DNA of 64,000 bases from Eledone cirrhosa (lineage: Eukaryota): assembly GCA_964016885.1 (NCBI GenBank), contig OZ024751.1, forward strand, positions 34,534,001-34,598,000, written 5' to 3'. The notes below the pieces were generated by a model. It saw only the letters and a program-made list of their open reading frames with translations. It had not been told where the DNA came from and did no database searches. The position numbers and the translations under genes are program-made. Positions 1 to 15,120 of the stretch are shown in pieces (position 1 is the first letter of the stretch; each line of letters starts with the position of its first letter).

Positions 1-854
1 ATTACCAACACCACCACCATCAACACCTATACCCACACTACAACCATCGACAAAAACACCATCACTCTGACCAATACTACCGCCACCACCACCATTGCCA
101 GCCACACTACCACCATCACCAACACTAACACTACCATCATCACCATAGTAAAGAACAGCAACACCACTACAACTACCAACACGCACATGACCAGTACTTT
201 CGCCTATACTACATATACCATCACCAAATCCAAATCTGAACAACAAAAGTGTAATCCTCTGTATATTAAGAGAATACAGATTGGTTTTAGGGGCTTCGGA
301 TTGATAACATTCCACTGCAGATAATCCCTATATTTAAGGGCTGCAGATTAAGAAATGTTCCATTACAGCTAATCTCTATGTTTAACAGCAAACTAACTTG
401 TTACAGCAACACCATCAACAGGCCTTATATAGTAGCGAACAATACTGCATATACACTTATCCGCCTACTTACATATATATGGATGTGTGCAAGAGTATAT
501 GTTGGAGGTAATAGTTATCGCATGTCAATATATATATATATTTGTTTGTGTGTGTGACTGAGGTTGTATATTGAATCTTATAGAAAATGTTCATGCAAAT
601 AAACATTTTTGTAGCCCAGCTGTGAATTTTAAAAGTAATCATTTATTCACCACTGGTCTTTAGCAACCTAGGGAGAGCACCATGATAGCACAGTTTCCGG
701 TTCTTTAGCCGTCGTCAGAGAGGCTGACTCCTCTTGGGTACTAAGACGAAGATAATCGAAAAGCTTATAGTTTTTATGCTTATATATATATATATATACA
801 CACATGTATATCTATATACACACACACACACACACATCTATATATATACAGATG

Positions 855-904
<50 letters not shown>

Positions 905-2269
905 CTATTTTAATGACTTGCATTTCTCTGTCGTATGAGTAAATTTCTACATAACCAGCTTAATCTAATGAAAGAGCACAAACCTTAGAAATTAGGTACG
1001 AATTATTCAGTCAGCTAGCGAACAAAACCAAAAGTACAAAATGGAAGAAAGAACAGTTTTTCCCACTCACGCTTTTGTATCTTTTCTCTGTTGATGTTTC
1101 TATTTTTAAAGTGGTCCTGAATATTTTCTGCTTTCATTTTGTTCCTATATTTTTTATTCGTTTTGTATGTGTGACTCTGCTCGTTTCTCTTTTTTTTTCC
1201 TAACTTTGTTTTCTAGTTATCCATTTATTTACCAATATCAGCGATATTATTATTATCATTATTATTATTATTGTTATTATTATTACAATTGCTATTATTG
1301 CCGTTGTTGCGATATCTTATTTTGTTATCGATTTAAAGGTATCTGTTTTTCATCTGCTACTTTCACCACAAAGGTCGGCAAACAGTTGGAGAAATCGACA
1401 GACAGGAGGTGGGTGCTGTGTTGGTGGAAGGATTGTATTTGAGATGGATGAATGGCAAGAGAGTGTGTGTGAAGGTGTGTGAGAGTGTGTGTGTGTGAGA
1501 TGGAAGGTGTGTGTGTGAAGGTGTGTGAGAGATGGAAGGTGTGAGTGTGAAGTGTTGGTAGGAATACAAGGAGAAAATATGAGGTGGGAAGGGGGGACAA
1601 ATGAAAGAAAAATAAAAAAGAGAAAAAATAGAACAATAGGAAATAGAATCGAACGACAACAAAAACAAAAATACAGAAAAAAAATCTGCGAAAAAAATGT
1701 AGAAAGAAAAAATTCTCAGAGAACAAAGTGAAAGAAATAGAACGATTTCATGGAAGGAAATGAGTATATGTAAGTTATGTGTATATGTGTATGTCTGTGT
1801 ATGTATTTGTGTGTACGTGTATATGTGTGTGTATATGTGTGTGTATGTGTATGTGTGTGTGCGTATGCGTGTGTGCGTATATATGTGTGTATGTGTGTGT
1901 GTGTGTGTGGCAGTTTAAAAGAATGCAAATGAAGGAATGTGCTAATGGTGGGAAGAAGGTTGCTGAAAAGGGGAATAAAAATGTTAAAGAATGAGAAGAA
2001 AGAATGAAAGTGTGTAAAGGATGGAAGAAAGATACGATAGAGTTGGGTAAAGTTAGATAAGATTAGAAGAGAAGAGAAACAGTGGGGGGAGAAGAGGTCT
2101 TTAAAGAAGGAAATAAAGGAAGTTGATGGAATGAAGGAAAAGATAAAGAAAAAAGAGACTATCTGGAAAAAAAATCCAAAGAATGTGTCTAACCATTAGA
2201 GACATAGATAGACAGGGAAATAGATGGAGACGATAAACAGATAGATAGATAGATAATTAGGTAGGTATG

Positions 2270-2321
<52 letters not shown>

Positions 2322-2374
2322 CGAAAATTATCTCCTTGGTAGATAGACTAAGAAAAAGAGAGAGAGAGAGAGAG

Positions 2375-2410
<36 letters not shown>

Positions 2411-3145
2411 GTAACTTGTTTGAGTGACACAATGTCATGTATTAGAAAACAATCGAAAGAAAGAAACAATTTATGGCTGAAGGAGTGAAAGTAAAATGGA
2501 AGGAGTAGGTCATAGGAAATATGAGAGAAAAAGTAGAAACATAATGAGTGTTGAAAAATTATAGAATATAAAATGTAGATTCCATAAGACGGACAAGATG
2601 GAAGAAACGAGAACGAAGGGAAAATATCACGAATTTGAAATAAATGGAAAAAACAAAGAATGGGGAAGACAGAAACTAGGAAAGCATTTATTTCTACTTT
2701 TTTTTTAACATTTAAAACAAGAGAAATACTAAAATAACAGTGAATGTGGAAACAGAAAGAACTAGATAGAAAAAAAATGACGAAGATAACATGACAGGAA
2801 GTAGAGGGATGAGGAGAAGAGAAGGAAGGGGTGAGAGAGGGAGGAGAGGAAGGGTTAGTGTTTGTAAACCATCTGTAGCCAACTTAATTATTCTCGAAGC
2901 AATGTACGACGATGATAACGACGACACGATGATGGCGGCCGCTTTACAGTTTCCTTCGAATCAATGAAATCCAGACTGAACTGACGTATTATTGATGCTT
3001 TGTGAGAAATAACAAATTTAGAAAGTTCAGCAGACGATAAGGAGCTATGGTGTAAGATTTATCAGACGACAGCAAGGAAGGAAACGCTGTTGTATAGTAA
3101 TTGAGAGAGTACTCTAGCTGATCAAGCAGACGATAAGTTTATTAT

Positions 3146-3244
<99 letters not shown>

Positions 3245-3640
3245 CACATATATATATATGTACACACACATACACATATATATATATGTGTATGTGTGTG
3301 TATGTACTTTTATATAAATGGCAAAACAGTGCAGACGCGAGAACGACAAACTACGTGTGTTAGCAATGTCAGACAAGAAGGAGAGAGGAAGAAAACAAGA
3401 AGATATGTCTGTACATTGCAGACAATAGGGCAAAATATATGGTAGCCATAACTAGTGACAAAGTGAAGATGTTTAATTATAGCCGCCGATAAAGTGCAAT
3501 ATAGAGCCAGGTTAGTTGTTTATGGCACGTGTTGCCATTCCATCGTTAGTTTAATGGTTAGCAGGGAATAACGAGTAATGATAACAAACCAAGCGAATGA
3601 GGAGTAGATTTACCCGTTTGGTTTTATCATTAATTAATAA

Positions 3641-4014
3641 TTGTTTCTACGTTTGGCACAAGGCCAGCAATAACTCAGTGCATTACTGGTATTATTTTAT
3701 CGGTGGATTGGCAGTATCAGTAGAGGGTCGGACGCCATGCTTTCCAGCATAGTTACGTCCCTTTATGATCTGAGTTCAAATCCCGCCGAGGTTGACTTTG
3801 CCTTTCATCCTTACGGGGTCGATAAAATAAAGTACCAGTAATGCACTGGGTAATTGCTGGCCTTGTGCCTAAAGTAGAAACAATTATTTTATCGACCCCG
3901 TAAGGATGAAAGGCAAAGTTAACCTCGGCTGGATTTGAACTCTGATCATAAAGGGACGTAACTCTATACGTCAAAGCATGGCGTCCGACCCTCTACCGAT
4001 ACTGCCAATCCACC
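3641..4014 (-). mobile_element. tRNA-derived SINE interrupted by a second copy
   Basis: 3' part at 3641-3702 and 5' part at 3883-4014, with A-box (TGGCAGTATCGG) and B-box (GTTCAAATCC) on the minus strand. Confidence 0.88.
3703..3882 (+). mobile_element. tRNA-derived SINE nested in opposite orientation, 12-bp TSD
   Basis: A/B boxes, core TTTGCCTTTCATCCTTACGGGGTCGATAAAAT, tail CCTTGTGCCTAAAGTAGAAAC; TSD ATTATTTTATCG. Confidence 0.9.
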
Positions 4015-5425
4015 ATGTCAGTTGATAAGAAAAGACATTTTGTTGAAGTCGACGGCTGTGGGAAAAATGTGTGTAGCTTCTATGGAGGTACATCATTTTC
4101 TGTTTCTAAAGTGACATGGAGCATATAATGGTGGTTATATTATAGCTGGGGAAAATAAATGTTGTTTAGATATGTAGACAACATAGAATGGTGTGTACGT
4201 AATATGATGGGACTCTATCTTCGTATGTTACTTTCAGTATGGCAGGTGGCATATAATTGTGTGTATATTATAGCAGATATATACGGTGTGTATATCATAG
4301 CAGATAATATAAAACGGTGTGTATAATATTCTAGTCAGCAGGAAACGGTGTATATAATACAAGAGATAGATATTGATACAAAGGGTAAGGCATACAGTAA
4401 AGCTAGAAGTGAGATGTATTAGTGTATAGATACTCTCAAATTTTCTGCCACACAATGTTTGATGGGTTAATTTTACTGAGAGCTTTGACTGTAATGTGGA
4501 AGTGGTTGAGTTTCCTTTGTGGATCATCAAATGATATATTCACTGCGACACGACACAGCACTAATGACGAAACTAGAGCTAACATATTACTAATGAAGAA
4601 GACTAGAAATAACTAACACGACACAGCACTAATGAACAAACCTAGAAGTAGCTAGAAGTAAGGATTCCATTATATTTCATTTCAAAATAAAAGCAAACAA
4701 CACGGAAGTGAAACATAATGAACCTCTGTGTGAGAAACTCGTCTTTTGTGTATTTTATCATTTTATGAAATCAATGAAGGTCTCAAAATGAACAGTAAAT
4801 GTATTTAATGTAAACCGATAATCACGAGGATTTTCGATTTTTTTTTTTTTATATATATTCTTGTAGAATTTCCATGAAACAGGCTTATCAAATATAATGT
4901 ACATTGGTCCAATCTTTAAAATAAATGTTATTCAGTAATACTGATCAGCCTTACACTGTACTGTAAGAGTACACATACTTATATCAGTGCAATAAGTGTC
5001 CGGTATATATATATATATATATTTACTTAGAGGAGTTGACGAAGGTGAATTGGAGAGATGGCTAGGGATTTGAAGAGCTTGTAGTGCAGCAAAATCGTTT
5101 ACGATATCTTGACATTAGGAGTCCAAATCTTACGGCAGTCAATTTTGCTTTTTTTTATCAATCCTGGTTTCATATAATAAGCCCCGAACAAGTACTGAGC
5201 CCCACCCTATCACGATACAATAAGCCCCGAAAAAGTACTGAGCCCTACCCTATCACGATACCCCTCCCAGAAAGGTATGACATATTTTGTCCTCCTTAAA
5301 TATTATATTAGTAATTTACATGTAAAATAACGTGTAGTACATAATGTCTCGCTGTATCTAGATACGTCATAGATTGAAACCCAAACGGCAACAATATTAC
5401 TTCATCATTACTGGGTAAAAATAAT

Positions 5426-5479
5426 TGTTTCTACTTTAGGCACAAGGCCAGCAATTATCCAGTGCATTACTGGTACTTT
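5426..5479 (-). mobile_element. 5'-truncated SINE 3' end with 19-bp TSD
   Basis: Matches the SINE tail; ATTACTGGGTAAAAATAAT at 5407-5425 and 5480-5498. Confidence 0.85.
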
Positions 5480-5659
5480 ATTACTGGGTAAAAATAATAA
5501 TTACTAGTAATTAATCAGTTAATTATGTCGATTTACTCGATTACTTTCTCCGAATAATTCAACTCAAATTTTCACCCCTATAATCTGTATAAAAGCAAGA
5601 TTCTGTGTCTGTGTATTTCATTGTATAAGTAGTTATATGTGTATATATATGTGTGTGTG

Positions 5660-5805
<146 letters not shown>

Positions 5806-6040
5806 TGTATATTTGTGTGTATGTTTGCAATTTTCATACACAAACTTTGCATTCCTTTCTTGCATTCTTTGTCCATTTATATTAGTTCCGGTGTATTTAT
5901 GGCTATTTAAGCCTCATTACAAAACGTCTCGCTGACTTTTACCATGGTTATCAGCAGCAGCAGCGGCATAATCATGAATATTATCATCATCATCATCAGC
6001 ACCAATGATAATCATAACAGTTATAATTATACTTACCATA

Positions 6041-6240
6041 GGCGGTGGTTTGGCAGTATCGGTAGAGCGTCGGACAACACGCTTTCTGGCATATAATTAT
6101 GTCCCTTTACGTTCTGACTTCAAACCCCGCCCTTTCATCTTTACGGGTTTATGAAATAAACTACCATTAATGCACTGGGGTCGATTTAATCGACTCGCCT
6201 CCGTCGAAATTGTTGACCTTGTGCCTAAATCAGAATCCAT
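6041..6240 (+). mobile_element. Same-family SINE, older copy
   Basis: TGGCAGTATCGG A-box, core CCTTTCATC, tail CCTTGTGCCTAAATCAGAATC. Confidence 0.8.
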
Positions 6241-6726
6241 TAATATATTTACCACCATCACCATCCTCTTTATGTTAGTTGTAATTGAAAATGGCGCCAG
6301 AAATGTCTCCGATGAGACGCCACTACTGAACCAATTCATAAACCAATCAAAACACTTTATTACTTTCTTCCCAACAACTTTTACTCAATGAACCTATCTA
6401 ATGCTATGTTTATTTAAAACAATAATATATAGACACTGAAAAAATGAAAGATAATTATTAATATAAATCAGTGGGAAATTATGGATTCTAACATTACCCA
6501 CATAATAAACAGTTTTTCTTTGAATGGTTGCCAAGGAAATTTATTTGAAATAGTAACTATAGCAACAAGTACAGAAACCGAGAAACTGTGTCCTCAGCAA
6601 TGAATGCATGTTTCTAATCTTCACCAAAGTTGAACGATATCCAAAATTCTGACCTTCAATAGTCGGACCGAATCGATAGGATTCAGATTTCATTAATTTA
6701 GATGCTCACAAAACCTGTCAATCACG

Positions 6727-6782
<56 letters not shown>

Positions 6783-6799
6783 GAGAGACTCTCTAATTG

Positions 6800-7210
6800 A
6801 TCTACTCTGGAACAATAATATGAAGATACTAGGACATATAAAATATAGGGCTTGGCTGATATAGGAGATCCCAGGTTAAAAGAGTGAACAGAAAATATTC
6901 TAAATGGTCTTGCACTTGTAAAACAAAAGGAATACCACCCTCGGTTGAAAAGTGCAAGATTCAAAGCTAATTATAAAGAGTTTCTAATAAATTATCAAAG
7001 CTTTGTTATAAAAAAGACCATTTCGAAGAGAATATATTAAATGCGTATGAAGATGTTGAAACAAAAATAGTAACACGTGACTGATTGATCTGGCATAGAA
7101 ATAATTCTTCTGAAAATAAATGAGAGAATGTTGGTTCTTCAGATAATTAGATTATAGCAGCAATATCTAGAGAGGAGAGGCTGCCTAGTCACAGACCATA
7201 AACAATATCA
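6800..7210 (+). pseudogene. Highly decayed Gypsy-type pol relic (RT end and RNase H)
   Basis: Broken-frame motifs in the expected order: KILGHI, ILNAYEDVETKIVT, GIEIILLK, QYLERRGCLVTDHK (cf. FLGH, DAS..GIGAVLLQ, YL.GR.F.L.TDHK). Confidence 0.5.
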
Positions 7211-7668
7211 ATGAATGACAAAGTTATCATCCCCGGAGATACGCTTATACAACCTAACCGGAAACTAAGTTAATCGAACAGATATTGAACCAAACCTATA
7301 ACGGAAATATGAATCACAAAAGCCGATTATGATTCTCCCACAAAATTGATTATCACAAATATAGATATAGAAATAAAGGAAACCAGACCATGGAGGCTGA
7401 ATACTGAAAGCTTTCTTGTAATGACAGATGCTGTGGGAACGGTTGAAGCTCCTGCAGAAAAATACGAACCCTAAAATATAGAATTGTGATCTTTCTTTAG
7501 CTGTTTATTCGAGTCTATAAGGATTTATATGTCGATATAATGAACCTACATGAGTAGCATTAATGTAATACTTAGGGAGATTCAGTATGTTGCAAGGTTT
7601 TTAAATACTGGTCCTTCCAATTACAAATAAAATGAATTTTCTGTTAGTTTCCTGTTCAAAAGATCGAG

Positions 7669-7758
7669 TAATATATAATTTACGCATTAACAGTAAATTA
7701 AAAGACCTGCGGGACCCCAGGTCTTTTAGTTTACTGTTAATGCGTAAATTATATATTA
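7669..7758. repeat. 41-bp inverted repeat with 8-nt loop at the 5' junction of the hammerhead-bearing segment
   Basis: taatatataatttacgcattaacagtaaattaaaagacctg / caggtcttttagtttactgttaatgcgtaaattatatatta, 1 mismatch. Confidence 0.92.
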
Positions 7759-7927
7759 TCTAATTTTTAAACTTCAATCCCTGACCCCGACAACTAATAT
7801 AAAAGAGCCCCCTTAGAATATAGACCCCAACTATACAAGCGGAGTTGCTGATGTATACCACAATTTCAAACTGTTAGCCTTGAGTGATACGTTGATGTAA
7901 ATAATGATCTTACAATCACATGTTATA

Positions 7928-7974
7928 TGCCTTGATAAGTCCCACCATGTGGTCGGACGAAACGGCTGTCGGCA
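7928..7974 (+). ncRNA. Minimal hammerhead ribozyme, U3-A8 variant, followed by AATAAA
   Basis: tgcc TTGATAA gtcc-caccatgtggtc-ggac GAAAC ggct GTC ggca ataaa. Confidence 0.78.
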
Positions 7975-8019
7975 ATAAACCTGTTATAATGTCATAATAG
8001 TTCCTTTGTTCTTTTTCAC

Positions 8020-8533
<514 letters not shown>

Positions 8534-8959
8534 ACACAGGCGTGTGTATTTGTGTACGGTCAGAGAGATGTGGTGGTGTTTTATTTAGATTGTCTCATAT
8601 GTTTCACAATTGAAAATGACATATATTTTACATACCTTCAATTAAACGACTGAAACAATAAGATTTCACATCCTAATTTCTCGACTTATAAACCGTAGAC
8701 AAAAGCATTACTACTTCAAATGTGGTGGAAAACACACTCTGCAAGGCGAATATACAAATACACACTTATAAACACACATATACAGACTCACTACCCAAAC
8801 ACACACACACACATACATTCAGATACATCTATATAGGCAGAAATAATAATAGCTCACGTTTACAACCCCTACCATATTTATATATATATGATAGGTGAAT
8901 ATATATATATATAAGCATATATATATATATATTTGAGATTCTCGATAAAAGCAAGGGAA

Positions 8960-9002
8960 GTAACCTACGCGTTTCATTCTTATTAGAAATCATCAGGATT
9001 AC
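8960..9002 (-). ncRNA. Minimal type-I hammerhead ribozyme (inverted copy)
   Basis: Exact reverse complement of 9399-9441. Confidence 0.88.
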
Positions 9003-9398
9003 ATATCCAGTGCTTTTATCGAGAATGACACAGCTAGAGACTTATAGAATACTTAGATGTGTACAGGAACTGGTTTGAAAGAGTGGTTGCCGGTCCGGCA
9101 GAAATTAGAATTTGGATATAATGCTCTGAAATAGCGATATATATGTGAAGACAAACATTGTAATACGTGACGTATTCTATTCTATAGCGATTGGGTCTTC
9201 GAAATGTTTATTATAAACATACAGAATATTTTCGAATATTCTATGTTTGTCTTCACATATATATCGCTATTTCAGAGCATTATATCCAAATTCTAATTTC
9301 TGCCGGACCGGCAACCGCTCTTTCAAACCAGTTCCTGTACACAGCTAAGTATTCTATAAGTCTCTAGCTGTGTCATTCTCGATAAAAGCACTGGATAT

Positions 9399-9441
9399 GT
9401 AATCCTGATGATTTCTAATAAGAATGAAACGCGTAGGTTAC
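9399..9441 (+). ncRNA. Minimal type-I hammerhead ribozyme
   Basis: gtaatc CTGATGA t-ttct-aata-agaa-t GAAAC gc GTA ggttac: stem I gtaatc/ggttac, palindromic stem III ACGCGT, 16-bp closing helix 9375-9390/9448-9463. Confidence 0.88.
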
Positions 9442-9563
9442 TTCCCTTGCTTTTATCGAGAATCTCAAATTGTAATACGTGACGTATTCTATTCTATAGC
9501 GATTGGGTCTTCAAAATGTTTATTATAAACATACAGAATATTTTCGAATATTCTATGTTTGTC

Positions 9564-9601
<38 letters not shown>

Positions 9602-9657
9602 TTTGTGTGTGGTTGTATATGAAAATACACATACAAGCAGAACAGACACGCATGTGT

Positions 9658-9691
<34 letters not shown>

Positions 9692-9905
9692 TCATATAAA
9701 ACACATATATGTTTGGATGTGTGTGTGTGTACAGTTATCAGATAAAAGGTGTTGTCAAAATAGATTTAACTCCATTATAGTCGGTTTCAATATTTTAAAC
9801 AATATCACTGTTAAGATGGCTTCCAGTAACCGTTTTAATGACTGTATGTGTCTGTGTAAATGTCAGTATATATGTTTCGTTGAGTGTACAGAAACACACG
9901 CGCAC

Positions 9906-9960
<55 letters not shown>

Positions 9961-10126
9961 TATCCATATACAAAACAATGTTTTTCACATGTGGTCGATA
10001 TGTTAACCGATTTCAGTGATGCATGTTGTTACTGTTGCTGCTACTGATGGTGCTGCTGCCATTATACCGAACACAAATAATACTTACGGAATCGGGCTTT
10101 ATCATGCGCTCTCAAATATTCCCTAA

Positions 10127-10995
<869 letters not shown>

Positions 10996-11275
10996 AAAAC
11001 AAAGACATTGTGAAAACAAAAGGAAAATAAAATTTGCAATAATTTCCACATCGCTATTGTGTATCCATTCATTTGGCTTAAGTATTGATCTGCATATGAA
11101 ATATACAATGAATGACTATTATAATATATATTTTTTTTATTTAAGTTTATTTAAGTATTGGTAGCTGCTAAATTGGGAAGTTTGACGTTCACACATTGCC
11201 ACTGTACATTTTCTTTTGTTCTGTTTTGTTTCACTCTACTTATACATACATACACACATTCATATATATATATAC

Positions 11276-11326
<51 letters not shown>

Positions 11327-11380
11327 TGAGTGTGTGTGTATATAGACCATCATACATACAAACAAATACATATATACATA

Positions 11381-11415
<35 letters not shown>

Positions 11416-11849
11416 TCTCTTACCTCTCGGCAAATCCACAAGTATTTTATCTTATATGGTGATGAAAGCAAATTATATTCACTTTAAGCGTCTTCTTTCA
11501 TCCAATTGAAATCTTTGACAATCATTGACATTTTACAGGTAGAGATTTTAACGGCTTCTTCTCCAAACAAGCAATATATATTCCATTGACTTCGTTCAAC
11601 GAAGAACAAACAAAACAAAGAAACCAACGTATTTCTTATGAATATATCATTTTTCTTAATGGATTTAGAAATGCATTTGGAATGGAAGAAATAGAAAATT
11701 TAAAAACTTTATTTTCATTTTACCAGATTTTTGAAGTCTTTTTATTCTTTCTTAGCGTTTTCTCAATTCCATAACAATCAGGTCGGCTGTTAAAGTGACG
11801 TATTAAGGTTTTATTTATATGTATATATAGATAATATATAAACTCACAC

Positions 11850-11956
<107 letters not shown>

Positions 11957-12113
11957 TAAACAGACACAAGAAGTAATGTTGAGTAAATTATTTTACGATC
12001 GTTTCAGAGATCAAATTTATTGATGTGCAGACTAATAAATGGCAAGTATGTAACTCCATGCCAGTAGCATCGAAAGAGCACACACACACTGTCTGTCTAT
12101 CCTTAGAAACAAT

Positions 12114-12196
<83 letters not shown>

Positions 12197-13179
12197 ACCA
12201 TATTTATCCTTACATATGTCTATACATAGAATACATATATATATATATGTATAACATACACACGCATATACATACATATATATATATCTATAACTTAAAT
12301 TATAATTTAAGTTATCAGGGTAACAGTAACGGATATTATTACTATTTTCTTTTTTTTTGTTCGTTTTCTTTTATTCTTTTCGGAATTAAGGAACTACATG
12401 TTCCCCCAAAACCTTCTCCTTGGACCCAGATTCTGCAAATTTAATCCTTTATTCTCTCCGACGCACTGTTTCGCAGCCTTCCGGCGACATACACACGTAC
12501 TCTCTCAAATATATAGTAGATATGGATTTATAACTCCTGGTTAAATCGTATACCTCGGGCCTAGTAGCCTGGTGGAAAGAAGCCCCTCTTCATGTCAGAG
12601 CGGAGACGATTTCTTCCATAGAAGCAGAGAGATAGAGAGATAAGAAAGAGGAATTGAGAAAGAGATATAAAGAGTAATTTGACTTCGGCCAGATTTGAAC
12701 TGACCGAAACAAATAGCGCAAAGTATCGTCTGCGATGTTGTCATTATTCTGGAAATAACCAGATTATGTGTGTTTAGAAATGAAAGACGTCCATTGTAGA
12801 GAGAGATAAGATGTGGTTATTGTGAGAAAGAAAGATAAGCTTATTACTGCCCCATATCCATCATCAGGTGGATACTTGGATGTGTCATGATACTTATTCA
12901 AGTAATTTGTGGACGATGTTTAAGTAAAAGCAGTAATTATTCTATTGTTTATCTTAAGTAAATATTAATTGCTTTATTGAGTAAGACAAAAGCAGAGAGA
13001 TTGTATCGAAATAAACAAACAGTAAAGGAGGAGAAGAAGAGGAAAAACATCATTCCAATAACAATACAGTGAATACAGAGAAGAATGGAAGAAGAAAATA
13101 TGACTGAATAGAACTGCGAAGTAATAAAGTATAGTTAGATGTCAGAAATAATGAACAAGTGTGTGTGTGTATGTATATA

Positions 13180-13254
<75 letters not shown>

Positions 13255-14052
13255 TATATATATATACACACACATATATATATATAGTGTGTGTGTGTGT
13301 GTATACACACATGTATACATATATCGAACTATCGAAAATTAGAACAGTTACATTAGAGAAAGAAAAAAGTCTCCGACATTTATGTATCTCCAACAATTCC
13401 GTTACCATTGTTGAAAAAGAAAAAAGAAAGTCTTCTATGTTTTTGACTTGTATTTACCAAAGTCATTCTTATTTTTCAATATTACGTTCAATGTTGTTGT
13501 TATTCTTGTTATTGATGGTGATAATGATATTGACTTTGTCGTTGTTTTCATTACTGTTGTGAAAGTTATTTTTAATGCTGTTGATGCTGATGTTGTTGTT
13601 GTTGTTGAGCTTTGTTGTTGACTTTCTGTGTTGTTGTTTTTAAATATCGCCGAGTCCGTTCGTAGTTGGAATTGATTGTAAGTTTGTTGTTGTTGCTATT
13701 ACTACTGTTGCTGTCGTTGTTGTTGCTGTCGTTTTTCTTGCTACTGTTGTTGTTATATATCTACAAAAGTTAATCAAGTGCTTTCTTTAAGTGCTGCATA
13801 GAAAATACAGAAAGAAATTTGTTGTTTATCATCATTCTTGAATAGAGAATCACAGACACACATAGACACCTATAGGCGTTCATTCTCTAATATATACACA
13901 TATATCAATATACACATTCACAAATGCTCGTAGCTAACTTGTATATATAAACATATGTATGTACATATATATATATATGTGTGTGTGGGGGGGGGGGGGT
14001 ATGCATGAATTCACGAGACTGTGTGAATGAACATACTCACACGCATGAATAC

Positions 14053-14100
<48 letters not shown>

Positions 14101-14937
14101 GTATGTATACGCACAAATTGCATTTACATATGCAGTATGCAATTGGTAAAAAAAGTATATATGCCATAACATATGAACTTGTATACATACTCGCTTGTCG
14201 GTGTGTGTGTACCTCACTTTAATATAACATATATATAAGTATGTGGTATGTATAAGTATATGGTATGTGTAGATACATGTATGTTTTAGTGGTTCTTATA
14301 GAAACCGTGGTGAACTTTAAAATATTGAAACAAGGTGTTTGTAAAAACGTTACGTGTGAAGTAAAACGACTGGCAACTTAGAAACTATATAGTGAGAATA
14401 TAAACTACATGTGAAGCACACTTTCTTACACAAGGCTTTATCCACATCTATTCTATGGCACATATTACTGTTCTATTCAATTTTATTATTTCTCGGCGTG
14501 TTACTTGGCGATAAATTCTGTTTTTTAAGTCATGAATGAGATTGTTATAAGTTCTAGATGTCTGGGAGGCCATTTACTCTACTTGAAGCACAAGGTCAAT
14601 AATGTGGAGAGTGGGGACAGTTATTTCACCTACACTGGAAATATAAAAGGTAAAGTTGGTTTCAGTGGTGTTTGAACTCCGAAAATACACAGAACAAATG
14701 ATAAAAACATTTCGTCTAATGCTCTCAACTTTCTACCCAGCCACTGCTTTAGTCATTAACGCTCACAATATTAATAGATGTTCCAAATATAGGCACAAGG
14801 CCGGCAATTATGAGGATTAGAGACAGTCTATTAAAACAGGGAGAGGGTTAGTGAGAGTTTATCTAGATGTAAAGCTCATGGACAAATTCTGCAAAATGTT
14901 TTGTCTGACACTCTTGTTGCCGTAGCTGTTCTTGTTC

Positions 14938-15120
14938 TTGGCAGTATCAGTAGAGAGTCGGACGCCATGCTTTCCAGCATAGTTACGTCACTTTAAGGTC
15001 TGAGTTCAAATCCCGCCGAGGTTAACTTTAACTTTGCCTTTCATCCTTACGGGGTCGATAAAATAAAGTACCAGTAATGTACTGAGTAATTGCTGGCCTT
15101 GTGCCAAAAGTAGAAACAAT
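14938..15120 (+). mobile_element. Same-family SINE
   Basis: Near-identical to 3703-3882. Confidence 0.88.

Larger units (their letters stand above)
8931..9567. mobile_element. ORF-less hammerhead-bearing element in (TA)n: inverted 228-bp arm, 312-bp unit, 97-bp partial tandem copy
   Basis: 8931-9158 is the reverse complement of 9243-9470 (2 mismatches); 9159-9255 is repeated at 9471-9567. Confidence 0.9.

Noticed and set aside
3703-3790. tRNA genes at SINE heads
   Set aside because: A and B boxes are present but there is no cloverleaf, and they continue into the SINE body
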